Origin: an uncultured Spirochaetota bacterium
GTDB lineage: Bacteria > Spirochaetota > UBA4802 > UBA5550
Assembly: GCA_963827275.1 (NCBI GenBank)
Contig: CAWHAA010000005.1
Coordinates: 128,001 to 192,000 of the forward strand
DNA: 64,000 nucleotides
Direction: 5' to 3'
Each line of letters opens with the position of its first letter. The stretch's first letter is position 1. Below are positions 1-10,188 of this stretch, piece after piece. The notes beneath the pieces were generated by a model. The model made no database searches. It worked only from the letters and a program-made list of their open reading frames with translations, and was not told the DNA's origin. Both the position numbers and the translations under genes were made by a program.

Positions 1-2041
1 CCATTATGGTATTGCGGAGCCGGAGGAGCCCGTACTCGTCGCCTTTCTGGTTTTTGGAGGCGGTCAGGGTCTTCGAATAGAGCAGCCCGATGTCGCCGCG
101 CACCAGGTCGGTCCTGCCAATGCCGTATACCACGTCTTTATCGTAGCCGAGGGGGATGCCCTCGGTGTCCAGTGAATCGAAATTGTTCTTTTCGATGCGG
201 TACAGTTCCAGGGCGGGAAAGCCGGCATTGGTATACATGAGGCGCATCGACCTGATGTCGTAATAGAGGTAAAACGCGGTTACGAGGCTGACCGCCCCCT
301 TGTTGTAATCGTAGAGTATCCTGTTGATCGTCCCGATGACGGTCGAGGTGAAGGGGGCCTCCTGTATGCTCGCGTGGAATGCGGACCTGAGGAGCACCGA
401 GTAGAGGGCGCTGTTGACGCCGACGCCCGCGATATCAGTCGCGATGACGCCCACTCCCTGCTCGCCGGGACGGATGAAATCGAAATAATCGCACCCCGTG
501 GAATACTTGGGGATGACGAACGCGCCGAATTTGATGGAGCCGAGGTTCGGCAGCGAGCCCGGCGTCGCGCCGCTCAGGATCTGCGCCGACAGGTCTATGG
601 TGCGCGCCACCATCTGTTCCTGCGCCGCTTTCTGGTAGGTGAGCGCGGTCGAGATGAAGTCGCTGCACTTGGGATGGAGCTGCTCGAGCTTCCGCATCTC
701 GTCGGAATGGTACCCCGCGAGCGTCTCCTTCGCGCCGAGGCAGAGGAGGCCGGCAAGCATGCGCTCGTGGTAAACGGGAAGGATCACCCGTATGCCGTTG
801 TCATTGAAGAACGCCGCGATCTCGTCACGGACCTCCGCGAAGGAGGTGTCGTCGGTATAGACCCTTGACAGCTGCAGGATATCCTGGTTGCGGACAAACC
901 AGCGGATGATCGACGCGTTCAGCTCCAGGGGAGAAAGCTGCAGCGAGTCGCCGGCGCCCTTATAGTAATAGAGCTCGTATTTCCTCGACCGGTCGTTCAG
1001 GAGGATGAAAAAGGCGCGCTGGAGCGCCAGGCCGTCATGCAGCGTATCGACGGTGCGGCGGATGATGTCTTCGAGGTCCTTCTCCCCGGATATGTCGCGG
1101 ACAAAATTATCGACAACGGAGCCGAAGGCGTACTGCTTCCGCTTGAACACGCGGTCAATGGCCGGCTGCACGTAAACGGAAAAGAGGATGAAGACGGCGA
1201 CGACGGCCGAAGCCGTTACATAGTGCGGCAGCTCTCCGAAGAACAGCAGCTTCCTGTCCACGGCAAAGAGGATGCCGAAGATGGGAAGCGAGATCAGCAT
1301 TGATATGACGACATAGATGAAGGTCTTGTGTATGACGGTGCGGATGTCCAGGAGGTTGTAGGTGATGATGGTGTAGAAGAGCGCGCCGATCGTGAAAAAC
1401 GAGGCGACCGAGGGGCCGATGACGTACAGCTCCGTGTAATTGAAGAACCGTGGCATCACGATTGAAAAGACCGCCGCCAGGGTAATCGACAGCGAGGAGC
1501 CGACGAACAGGTAGCGCATCTGGAGGCGGTAGATCTCCACCTTTGTCACGAAATACTTCCGCGTAAAATTGACGAAGGCCGATCCGACATAGGCGAAGGC
1601 CATGACCGCGTACACGGTGTACCAGGGGAACGCGGTATTGAAATCCCGGATAAAAACGCCGTCCCTGAAGTAGGCCCGCGTGATCGTGATGTCGGTGGCG
1701 ACCACCGCCGTGCCCATCACGGCCGCCGGCAGCATGATCAGCGCGGTAATCCAGAAGGGGAACGGCTTTTCGCTCTTGGGGAAGATGAAGGACATCACGA
1801 ACAGGTACGAGAACGTCATCAGCGTTGCCAGCTGGGTGATCTTGTTCATCAGGGTCAGGTCGAAATAATCGGGGAACCCGTAGGTCAGGAACATGGTGAA
1901 GAGGATCCCCAGGGCGGAGACGGAAAAGACGGCGAAATAACGCATCAGCTGGTCCCGCCAGTTTTTAACGAGAACGAACACAACGACAAAGAGGATCATT
2001 GCGGATGCGACGAGGGATACGAAAATGCTGAACTTATTCAT
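1..2041 (-). CDS. Membrane sensor (HisKA_7TM-like multi-TM N-terminus) + GAF-like + SpoIIE/PP2C-family domain; runs off the window start
   Basis: Manual translation from ATG 2041 (MNKFSIFVSLVASAMILF...), open to the window edge and absent from the ORF track. Many hydrophobic helices, then PP2C-like motifs GCDYFDF, ATDIAGVG, YTNAGFP, GIPLG and RGDIGLLYSKT. Confidence 0.85.
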   Translation of the reverse strand, partial: MNKFSIFVSLVASAMILFVVVFVLVKNWRDQLMRYFAVFSVSALGILFTMFLTYGFPDYFDLTLMNKITQLATLMTFSYLFVMSFIFPKSEKPFPFWITALIMLPAAVMGTAVVATDITITRAYFRDGVFIRDFNTAFPWYTVYAVMAFAYVGSAFVNFTRKYFVTKVEIYRLQMRYLFVGSSLSITLAAVFSIVMPRFFNYTELYVIGPSVASFFTIGALFYTIITYNLLDIRTVIHKTFIYVVISMLISLPIFGILFAVDRKLLFFGELPHYVTASAVVAVFILFSVYVQPAIDRVFKRKQYAFGSVVDNFVRDISGEKDLEDIIRRTVDTLHDGLALQRAFFILLNDRSRKYELYYYKGAGDSLQLSPLELNASIIRWFVRNQDILQLSRVYTDDTSFAEVRDEIAAFFNDNGIRVILPVYHERMLAGLLCLGAKETLAGYHSDEMRKLEQLHPKCSDFISTALTYQKAAQEQMVARTIDLSAQILSGATPGSLPNLGSIKFGAFVIPKYSTGCDYFDFIRPGEQGVGVIATDIAGVGVNSALYSVLLRSAFHASIQEAPFTSTVIGTINRILYDYNKGAVSLVTAFYLYYDIRSMRLMYTNAGFPALELYRIEKNNFDSLDTEGIPLGYDKDVVYGIGRTDLVRGDIGLLYSKTLTASKNQKGDEYGLLRLRNTIM

Positions 2042-2142
2042 GCGTCCGGGACGTCCATGGTATGAAATTTAACGTATCGTCAATAAAAATTATTGACTAA
2101 TATGCCCGCATGTATATAACTCAAGTACTATCGAGGTTAAAT

Positions 2143-2710
2143 ATGGCTTTGACAAGAAAAAAATACGTTCTCGATAAAAAATTTCAGGTCCGCATCTCGG
2201 TCCGGGCGGTCATTCTTCCCCTCTTCACCACCCTGGCCCTGTGCGCGGTGCTCCTTTACTTTGCGGACAGAACAAACCGCCTGATCGACGAAAACAACGG
2301 CAATATCATTTCCATTATCGACACGCAGCAGAACATGCTCGACATGTTCATGACCATCCCCGCGCTGCAGGACCCGGACAACCCGGCGGTCAAAAAATGC
2401 AACCAGGCCTTCAAGGAAAACCTGAACATCACGAACAGGATCAACGACCAACCACGAGAGCATCAGGAAAAACAGCAGGATCGTCCTCTATGTCCTGATC
2501 GCCATGACGGTGATCCAGGCCGCGATCATCTTCTTCCAGTTCATATTCTTCTCGCACAAGATATCCGGCCCGCTGCACGTCATGTCCAACTACCTGAAAG
2601 AAATGAGGCTCGGCATACAGCCGAAATTCAGGCCCCTCAGGAAAAACGACGAGCTGCTCGAGTTTTATGATGAATTCTGCGAAACCATGAAGCACCTGAT
2701 GAAAAAGTGA
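2143..2710 (+). CDS. Two-TM membrane protein with C-terminal HAMP-like domain (one +1 frameshift near 2449)
   Basis: GAGG RBS then ATG 2143 (MALTRKKYVLDKKFQ). Removing one C at gac-c-aac joins it to NHESIRKNSRIVLYVLIAMT...SHKISGPL...LRKNDEL, a HAMP-like motif. Confidence 0.7.
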
Positions 2711-2711
2711 C

Positions 2712-3390
2712 ATGGCGATGGGGAACGAGGGCGTGGATGCTTCCGTTTCAGCGCTGGTTGTCGTGGACATGCAGAACTACTACCTGAGAGACGACTCGCC
2801 GTACCACCGCTACTTCTACGACACTCCAGCCGGGGTGCCTTGACTACATCACCGACCGGTGCGGGTCCACGGTCGTCACACCAACATCAGCCGCCTCCTG
2901 TCGCTGTACCGGGAGCACGTCGCTGCCGGTCCTGTTCCTGCGCCTCTGCGGAAGGGACCCGGAGCGGGCCGACCTGCACCGCTTCTTCCGCGAGCTGTAC
3001 CAGCGGGCAAAGCTCTCCGGCTTTGACAATGTCTACCCGCTGGCCGGCGATCACTTCGCGGACATCATCGGGGAGCTCCATCCGCTGGAGGGGGAGACGA
3101 TCATCGACAAAACGACCTTCAGCCCCTTCACGTCGACCGGCATCGAAGGCGAGCTCAAAAGAATGGATGTCGGGACCCTTGTCTTCACGGGGCTTGCCAC
3201 GAGCCAGTGCGTGGAGACTACGGCGCGTGACGCTTCTGACCGGGGGTTCCGCGTGGTGCACGTCGAGGACGCGCAGGCGGATTACGACGAGATCAGCCAC
3301 ACGTCATCGCTCTACAGCTCGCAGGGCGTGTGCGGAGGGATTATCGTTACCACTGAAGAATTCATGCTGGACGGCCCGCCCGCGGGATAG
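2712..3390 (+). CDS. Isochorismatase/cysteine hydrolase family protein (three frame breaks at ~2820-2925)
   Basis: Reconstructed reading shows the catalytic triad motifs ALVVVDMQN, IIDKTTFSPF and GLATSQCVETTARDASDRGF. Confidence 0.8.
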
Positions 3391-3411
3391 GCGGGCGCGG
3401 ACCGCGCGGGA

Positions 3412-4090
3412 CTACCTGAATACGCGGAACCGTATCGTATTTTACCCCGCTCCCGGAAGGTCCGATCAGCGGCGACAGTTCCCCCTGTCCACGCCCTTCA
3501 CCGAGCCCGACTTCCTCGATCGCGTTTCCCCACTGGATGTCGCGGCCTGATTCGTCTTCGCCGACAGGCATGTACGCCGCCTTCCTGGACCCCAGTGCGC
3601 GCCGCAATTGATCGAACGACGACACCGGCACGGTGCCCTCGACGTACTCGTCCGTCACAAGGGCGATGGTCGCGTTGTGCTTCCGGATAATGTCTATGAC
3701 GCGCTCGGAATCGTTGACCTGGCTGCGGGAAAAGACGCCGGCAACGCCGCCCCGGCCGTGAACGCCGATGATTCCCGCGTTGAACAGGCCCGACGCCCGC
3801 GATGACCAGCAGTGAAGCGGCCATGGCGGGCAGGGACTTCATGAAGAGCCGCCTCTTCTTTCCTGACATTATTTTCCGCATGGTCATGGCGGGCAGGCCG
3901 TCGGGGGCCAGACACGATGCCGGACAGTCGCCCGCAGAGCCGGAGGGTTTCCCCGAGGCGCCGGTACTCCAGCGCGCACGACTCGCATTCGCCGATATGG
4001 CCCAGGAGCAGCGTGCGCTCATCCATCGATGCCGATTTCACCATCGTACAGATCTGACATTTTGTGAAATGGAATATGATTACCGCTCAT
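3412..4090 (-). CDS. Zinc-finger (ZAS, zf-HC2) transmembrane anti-sigma factor (about four +1 frame breaks)
   Basis: ATG 4090 overlaps the sigma factor stop (ATGA). The reconstructed protein reads MSGNHIPFHKMSDLYDGEI...HIGECESC (HxxxCxxC)...TM segment SLPAMAASLLVIAGVGLF... The 3' end at TAG 3412 is inferred. Confidence 0.75.
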
Positions 4091-4671
4091 ATCAATCCCC
4101 TCGCCAGTAGTCTGTTCTTCAGAAACTCCCTGCCCCGGTGGATCCGGACCTTTACATTGGACAGCGATATGTCCAGGATCTCGGCCACCTCGTTATATGA
4201 AAGCCCCTCGATGTCCCGCAGCATCAGTATGTCGCGGTAATCGTCGGGGAGCCGCTCTATCTCTTCCCTCACGATCCGGAGGGAGTCATTCATGACCACT
4301 TCTTTTTCAGGGTTTTCCCTTTCATCCGTCAGCTGAAGGTTGTATTCATCGTCGCCTTTCGAACCGTTTATCGGGACCAGGTTGTACCTGCGATTTTTCT
4401 TGCGGTAATTTTTACAGTAATTCACCATTATACTGTAAAACCAGGTGGAAAACTTCGATTCCCGCCGGAACGAACGCAATGCCTCGATAGTCATGATGAA
4501 TATCTCCTGCGTTATATCGAGGGCCTCGTCATAATCCTTCACCTGGGAATAGACATAATTGAAGGTCTTTTCCTGGTATTTTTTGATTATCACGGAAAAG
4601 GCCTCAATGTCGCCGGCAAGTACCTTTTCAATGACCTCAATATCATCACTATCTGAATTGGACATGTTCAT
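4087..4671 (-). CDS. ECF RNA polymerase sigma-70 factor (RpoE/SigW-like)
   Basis: Region 2 (DITQEIF...FRRESKFSTWFYSIMVN) and region 4 (LPDDYRDILMLRDIEGLSYNEVAEIL...VKVRIHRGR). Confidence 0.93.
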   Translation of the reverse strand: MNMSNSDSDDIEVIEKVLAGDIEAFSVIIKKYQEKTFNYVYSQVKDYDEALDITQEIFIMTIEALRSFRRESKFSTWFYSIMVNYCKNYRKKNRRYNLVPINGSKGDDEYNLQLTDERENPEKEVVMNDSLRIVREEIERLPDDYRDILMLRDIEGLSYNEVAEILDISLSNVKVRIHRGREFLKNRLLARGLI

Positions 4672-4721
4672 CCCGAGGGTGTTACATATTTTAATATTTT
4701 TTTGACTGCCGGGTTATTTTT

Positions 4722-5936
4722 TTATCCGGTAATCCTGACGAACTTTCTCTTGCCCACCTTGAGTATCCCATCGGCGGGCAGGGCCAGCTCGTAATCTTCG
4801 GAGGATATCTTCTCGCCGCCGAAGGTCACCCCGCCGCCCTTGATAAGGCGGCGCGCCTCGCCGTTCGTGGCCGCCGTGCCCGCCAGCACCATCAACTTCA
4901 CGATCCATATCGTACCGCCGGCGGCCTCCCCGCCGGGAACGCGGTATTCCGGCACCTCGTCGGGGACCTCCTTGTTCGCGAACACGCGGTCGAACTCCCG
5001 GGCCGCCTGTTCGGCCGCTTCGCCGTCATAGAACTGGGCGCATATGTCCTTCGCGAGGGCCACCTTCACGTCGCGGGGGTGCATCGTCCCGGACGCGATG
5101 CCCTGCCGGTAGTTCTCGATCTCGGCCCGGGGCACATCGGTGGCCAGCTCAAAGTAGACGAACATCAGGTCGTCGGAGATCGACATCACCTTGCCGAAGA
5201 TATCTTTGGGCGGCTCGTTGATGCCGATGTAGTTGTTCAGGGACTTGCTCATCTTCTGGACGCCGTCGAGGCCCACCATGAGCGGCACGGTCATGATGAC
5301 CTGGGGCTCCTGGCCGTACTCGCGCTGGAGGTCGCGCCCCACCAGGAGGTTGAACTTCTGGTCCGAACCGCCCAGCTCGACGTCCGCCTTCAGCACCACG
5401 GAGTCGTATCCCTGCACCAGCGGGTACATGAACTCCAGGATGGTGATGGGCACGCCGCCCTTGTAGCGCTTGTCGAAATCATCGCGCTCGAGCATGCGCG
5501 CCACGTTGTACTTGGCGGTGAGGCCCAGCACGTCGGTGAACGTCATGGGCGCGCACCATTCCGAGTTGAACACGACCTTCGTTTTCGATCTGTCCAGTAT
5601 CTTGAAGACCTGCTGCTTGTAGGTCTCGGCGTTTTCCAGCACCTGCTCGCGGGTGAGGGGCTTCCTGGTCACGGACCTTCCGGAGGGATCGCCGATCATG
5701 CCGGTGAAGTCGCCGATCATGAACACCACGGTATGCCCCATGTCCTGGAAATGCTTCATCTTGCGGAGCAGCACCGCGTGCCCCAGGTGGATGTCCGGTG
5801 CGGTGGGGTCGAATCCCGCCTTGATGATGAGCGGCTTGTTCTCGCGCTCCGAGCGCTCCAGCTTCTTCTTAAACTCGTCGAGGGGGAGGATCTCCTCCGT
5901 CCCCCGCATCAGCAGTTCAATATCGTTCCGTACCAT
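4722..5936 (-). CDS. tyrS: Tyrosine--tRNA ligase
   Basis: [13 protein letters not shown] (HIGH-like), [13 protein letters not shown] and a C-terminal S4 domain. Confidence 0.98.
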   Translation of the reverse strand: MVRNDIELLMRGTEEILPLDEFKKKLERSERENKPLIIKAGFDPTAPDIHLGHAVLLRKMKHFQDMGHTVVFMIGDFTGMIGDPSGRSVTRKPLTREQVLENAETYKQQVFKILDRSKTKVVFNSEWCAPMTFTDVLGLTAKYNVARMLERDDFDKRYKGGVPITILEFMYPLVQGYDSVVLKADVELGGSDQKFNLLVGRDLQREYGQEPQVIMTVPLMVGLDGVQKMSKSLNNYIGINEPPKDIFGKVMSISDDLMFVYFELATDVPRAEIENYRQGIASGTMHPRDVKVALAKDICAQFYDGEAAEQAAREFDRVFANKEVPDEVPEYRVPGGEAAGGTIWIVKLMVLAGTAATNGEARRLIKGGGVTFGGEKISSEDYELALPADGILKVGKRKFVRITG

Positions 5937-5981
5937 TGGCTTCTTCCGATATGCTATGTTTTACCGGGCCGCGGCGGCCCG

Positions 5982-6281
5982 TCAGTGCTTTTCATTCTCC
6001 TCTGACTCGTCCGCTTCCCGGAGGTCTTCCTCGGAGACCTCGTCGATTTCATAGTCGGGCCCCAGCTCGTGCAGGTAATGAAACCGGGCTATGATGTTGA
6101 TCAGCTCGCCCCGGGAGTCCGCCGCCTCCTTGGAGGTGTCAAACCCTATGATGAGCGGCTCGTTCATCCCGGCCAGGTACACCTCGAAGCCGAATTTGCC
6201 GTTCTCCTCAATGACGCTCCCCACCGCGGCGACTTTCGGTATTACGATGGCGATACCGCCGTAATCGACTATTGGCAACAT
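5982..6281 (-). CDS. Hypothetical protein (99 aa, acidic tail)
   Basis: GGAG RBS before ATG 6281 (MLPIVDYGG...); co-oriented upstream of tyrS. Confidence 0.65.
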   Translation of the reverse strand: MLPIVDYGGIAIVIPKVAAVGSVIEENGKFGFEVYLAGMNEPLIIGFDTSKEAADSRGELINIIARFHYLHELGPDYEIDEVSEEDLREADESEENEKH

Positions 6282-6491
6282 GTTTTTCTCCAAACGCAGG
6301 TTTGCACGGACAGGGTGACGGCTTGCCGTGGGAACGTCAAGAGTAAAAAATCGGTTTTCCGCCCTGCGTTCCGGGCCAGGCCCACGCTGATATACCCTCC
6401 CCCGGGAAACGGCCCGTATTCGGATTAATAAAACAATTGACATCGAAAAAATCAAGGGAAATCCTTATTAAAAAATCTCAAGGCAGGGGCC

Positions 6492-7943
6492 ATGAAACCA
6501 TTACTGTCCATGTCCGGAAAACAGATCGCCGAGATGATCAGGAAGCGCGAAGCAACCTCCCGTGAAGTCCTTGAAGCCCATATAGAGCACATTCAGCTGG
6601 TGAACCCTGTGATCAATGCGGTGGTTAAAGACCGGTTCGAGGAAGCACGGCGCGAGGCGGATGAAGCTGACAGGAAAGTCAAATCATCGCGCGGAAAAAA
6701 TCTTCCGCCGTATCATGGGGTCCCCTGCACCATAAAAGAAGCCTATGCCCTGAAAGGGATGCCGAATACCTCCGGCCTTGTGGCGCGGAAAGGCATTATC
6801 CCCGCAGAAGACGCGACAGCCGTCGCCCGCCTCCGCAAGGCGGGCGCCATTCCCATGGGCGTCACCAATATCCCGGAACTGTGCATGTGGTTTGAGACCT
6901 ATAACCGGATTTACGGAAGGACAAAAAACGCCTATAATAAATGGCATATAGCCGGGGGAAGTTCCGGCGGCGAGGGCGCCATTGTGGGGGCCGGCGGCTC
7001 CCCGTTCGGACTGGGGTCAGACATTGGCGGGTCCATAAGGATGCCGGCATTCTTCAACGGCGTCTTCGGCCACAAGCCCACGGGCGGACTGGTGCCGGGG
7101 ACGGGCCACTACCCTCTCGCCGAAAATGAAGCGGCCCGGTACAGCACCTATGGCGTGCTGGCCCGCCATGCCGAAGATATCATGCCGCTGCTCAACATAC
7201 TTGCCGGACCTGACGGGAAAGACCTCTCGTGCATAAAGTTTAAACTCGGCGATCCCTCAAAAGTCCGCTTTGACAGGCTCCGGGTGATATATATTGAAAG
7301 CAACGGCGCCGTCAATCCATCCAGGGACCTTCGCCGGGCTCAGCGCAACTGCGCCGACGCCCTTGAGAAAAAAGGCGCCCGCATACGCGAGACGGAGATA
7401 CCGAAGCTGAAAGCGTCATTCATGATCTGGTCGCAGATGCTTGCGGAGGCTTCGGATACGAAGTTCGGCGTAATGCTGGGGAACGGCAAAGCCGTCAGCC
7501 CCGTCTTTGAATATATCAAATGGCTGTTGCGGATATCACCGCACACGTTACCCACGATATCATTCGCCTTTCTTGACAATGTCAACAATCTGTTCCCGGG
7601 AATGAAAAAGAAATACGCCGCCATGGGCACACGGCTGCGGGAGGAGCTTGTCGCTCTGATCGGCGATGACGGATTACTGCTCTATCCTTCGTACCCGACG
7701 CCTGCGCCGTTCCACAACAAGCCGATGTTTACACCTTTCCATTTCGCCTATACGGCCATACTGAACATGATGGAATTCCCCGTTACCCAGGTGCCGCTGG
7801 GGCTGAATGACCGCGGCCTTCCGCTCGGCGTGCAGGTCGCCGCCCTGCATGGCAACGACCACATGACCGTGGCGGCCGCCCTCGAACTTGAAAAGGCGTT
7901 CGGTGGATGGGTCCCGCCATGGGAGGCCGCTGCGGGCCGCTGA
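6492..7943 (+). CDS. Amidase signature family enzyme (fatty-acid amide hydrolase-like)
   Basis: GVPCTIKE, GGSSGGEG and GSDIGGSIRMPA amidase signature. Confidence 0.93.
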   Translation: MKPLLSMSGKQIAEMIRKREATSREVLEAHIEHIQLVNPVINAVVKDRFEEARREADEADRKVKSSRGKNLPPYHGVPCTIKEAYALKGMPNTSGLVARKGIIPAEDATAVARLRKAGAIPMGVTNIPELCMWFETYNRIYGRTKNAYNKWHIAGGSSGGEGAIVGAGGSPFGLGSDIGGSIRMPAFFNGVFGHKPTGGLVPGTGHYPLAENEAARYSTYGVLARHAEDIMPLLNILAGPDGKDLSCIKFKLGDPSKVRFDRLRVIYIESNGAVNPSRDLRRAQRNCADALEKKGARIRETEIPKLKASFMIWSQMLAEASDTKFGVMLGNGKAVSPVFEYIKWLLRISPHTLPTISFAFLDNVNNLFPGMKKKYAAMGTRLREELVALIGDDGLLLYPSYPTPAPFHNKPMFTPFHFAYTAILNMMEFPVTQVPLGLNDRGLPLGVQVAALHGNDHMTVAAALELEKAFGGWVPPWEAAAGR

Positions 7944-8049
7944 GACCGTGTTTCACAAAACATTACACTTATGGGATGACCCATGACACGCACCGGTACC
8001 GCGACGAGCAAGACGGCCGGCTTCAATTCCCGCCTTGACGAAACAACCT

Positions 8050-8202
8050 GCCCAGGAGGAGATGTCGACGACGGTCGAGAAAGTGAACGCCGACTCGCAG
8101 GAGCTGGTCCAGTACGCAGACACGATCCTGAAAACATCGCGCGAGATCGGGGGGCTATCCGCCGAGATCAAGGCGCAGATCAACAAGTTCAGGATACAGT
8201 AG
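8050..8202 (+). pseudogene. C-terminal remnant of a methyl-accepting chemotaxis protein
   Basis: Frame reads AQEEMSTTVEKVNADSQELVQYADTILKTSREIGGLSAEIKAQINKFRIQ*, resembling the final MCP methylation helix; in-frame stop upstream at ~7984. Confidence 0.55.
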
Positions 8203-8244
8203 TAAAGCGCCACCCGGCGCGGCGAAGCTCATTCCGCCCGGGGG

Positions 8245-9042
8245 TCAGTCGGTGATCCGTTCCGGGTGACAGTACACGTTAAACCCGCTGCCGCGGACAA
8301 AGCCCGCCACCGTGATCCCCAGCTGTTCCGCCAGGTCCAGGGCGAGGCCCGTGGGCGCCGACCGGGACACCACCACCGGGACCCCGATCCGGGCGGACTT
8401 GATAAGCATCTCCGAGGCGACCCGCCCGCTCAGGACCACCGCCTTATCAGAAGTGACGATCCTGTTGAGAAAGACATGCCCCATGATGCGGTCGAGCGCG
8501 TTGTGCCTGCCGATGTCCTCGTACCGCACAAGAATCCCTTCGTTATTCCCCAGGGCCGCGGTATGGACACCGCCGGTCAACCGGAACGTCGCCGACCCCT
8601 CATCCAGACCCCGTACCAGGCGAACCACCTGCTCCGCCGAGAACCTGGCATCTCCCGTGATCGGGTTGATCGTGCTGATATCATTGATAAAATATAACGA
8701 AGGCCGTCCCTTTCCGCAGCAGCTGGTGAAATTACGGCGCAGGAAGCCTTCAAGCCGGGGTGTCGGATCTACCGTTTCCACAAAGGCGACCCCCTGTTCT
8801 TCCCGGTAATAATAATCCTTTATCTGATCGGGATCATCGATGAGGCCCTCCCCTGCCAGGAAGCCGATCACCAGCTCTTTTTCCGCGACCGGGGAACAGA
8901 CAAGGGTGGCCAGCTCCTCATTATTGAGCATAATGGTGAGGGGAATCTCGCTCACGACCGGATCGTCCACGGAGGATGTGACGCCATCCCGCCTTCTAAT
9001 TACCGGCCTCAATTCGTATATGTCTTTCTTTTCCACGTGCAT
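8245..9042 (-). CDS. fdhD: Formate dehydrogenase accessory sulfurtransferase
   Basis: E.PLTI start, TSCCG, TGGVHTAAL, EDIGRHNALD, SGRVASEM and SRSAPT motifs. Confidence 0.95.
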   Translation of the reverse strand: MHVEKKDIYELRPVIRRRDGVTSSVDDPVVSEIPLTIMLNNEELATLVCSPVAEKELVIGFLAGEGLIDDPDQIKDYYYREEQGVAFVETVDPTPRLEGFLRRNFTSCCGKGRPSLYFINDISTINPITGDARFSAEQVVRLVRGLDEGSATFRLTGGVHTAALGNNEGILVRYEDIGRHNALDRIMGHVFLNRIVTSDKAVVLSGRVASEMLIKSARIGVPVVVSRSAPTGLALDLAEQLGITVAGFVRGSGFNVYCHPERITD

Positions 9043-9563
9043 GCCGCCATGATATATTTTCAGATATGATAGATCATTCTATCTTAGTCAGCCATATAAA
9101 TGGCGACAGATTTTTTGTGAGTGATTCTATTTTCGGATGGCAGAAATGCAAGAATTATTTAGCCGGCGACGGCATGTATACCGGCATCCCTGGCGCATTT
9201 AATAAAAAATCCCATAACGGGACCGACAGCAGAGAGTGATGCATTTGATAAATTTTTGGTAGGAGCTTGCCAGACATGTATTCTATCATTAAATGCGGAA
9301 TAACCCACATGTCAACATCTATAATTCATTATAAATATTTATTCAGGAACTCCCCCTATGACCGGATACGTCTCATGGGACGCATTGGGCCTTATCTTTA
9401 CTTACCTATGTCCTTTTATGGATACACGCGCTGGTACAGGTGCCTTGAATTTTTTATCGCTGTTTTCAACACACAGAATAAAACACTTTACATGGCACTT
9501 GACATATGTTACCTAAATTTTACTGATTAAATTTCACATCACACTAAATTCAAGGGGGGCTCT

Positions 9564-10079
9564 TTGAAAAGATTTAATGGTCTATTATTGGTCGGGTTGC
9601 TTGCTTCATTATTGGCTTTTACAAATTGTGATACCCAAAAAAGCGATAATTCCGCTGCGATGTTGCTGCTCTTGGCCGGAATGTCCGACACGGAGTACGG
9701 TGGATCAGTTACATTTACAGACGATACTTTAGACGTAGAGTACACATGGCCGTCAGGGGGATTCGAACAACCCGGCAGCGATTTATACAGCCAAGTTTGT
9801 GGCCCGGATTCGTCATCGGCTAATATTATTATGATATTAACGAGCGGTCACGTTAGTGGCACTACATATTCTCAGACCCAGGTAGATATATTCTATACTG
9901 ATACTGATGGTACAATGTGGACTACTGATGACGGACATTCTTTTTCGCTGACCCTTGGCACATGGCCAGGTATTGGAGGTAATATAACTGGTGTTTTTTC
10001 CGGTACGCTGCAACAATTAGGCTACACAACACTCAGAACGATTTCAAATGGTTCGTTCAATCTTAGAGTTATAAATTAA
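9564..10079 (+). CDS. Hypothetical spirochaetal-type lipoprotein, AT-rich
   Basis: AAGGGGG RBS, TTG start, signal peptide ending LAFTNC, Leptospira-style 'SDNSAAMLLLLAG' linker; visibly lower GC than the flanks. Confidence 0.75.
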   Translation: MKRFNGLLLVGLLASLLAFTNCDTQKSDNSAAMLLLLAGMSDTEYGGSVTFTDDTLDVEYTWPSGGFEQPGSDLYSQVCGPDSSSANIIMILTSGHVSGTTYSQTQVDIFYTDTDGTMWTTDDGHSFSLTLGTWPGIGGNITGVFSGTLQQLGYTTLRTISNGSFNLRVIN

Positions 10080-10156
10080 CATCCGGTAAACTGCGCCCCA
10101 TTATACTATGCCGGCCCGCCACCGGATCTACCGATTGTTATCGGTAGACGGTACAC

Positions 10157-10187
10157 AAAAAAGGCGCGGAGTTGTCCGCGCCTTTTT
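10157..10187. terminator. Bidirectional intrinsic terminator between the lipoprotein gene and dnaJ
   Basis: AAAAAAGGCGCGGA-GTTG-TCCGCGCCTTTTT hairpin with A/T tails on both sides. Confidence 0.85.
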
Positions 10188-10188
10188 C

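Noticed and set aside
5940..6480. T-box leader upstream of tyrS
   Set aside because: No T-box consensus or terminator/antiterminator seen; the space is occupied by a small CDS.
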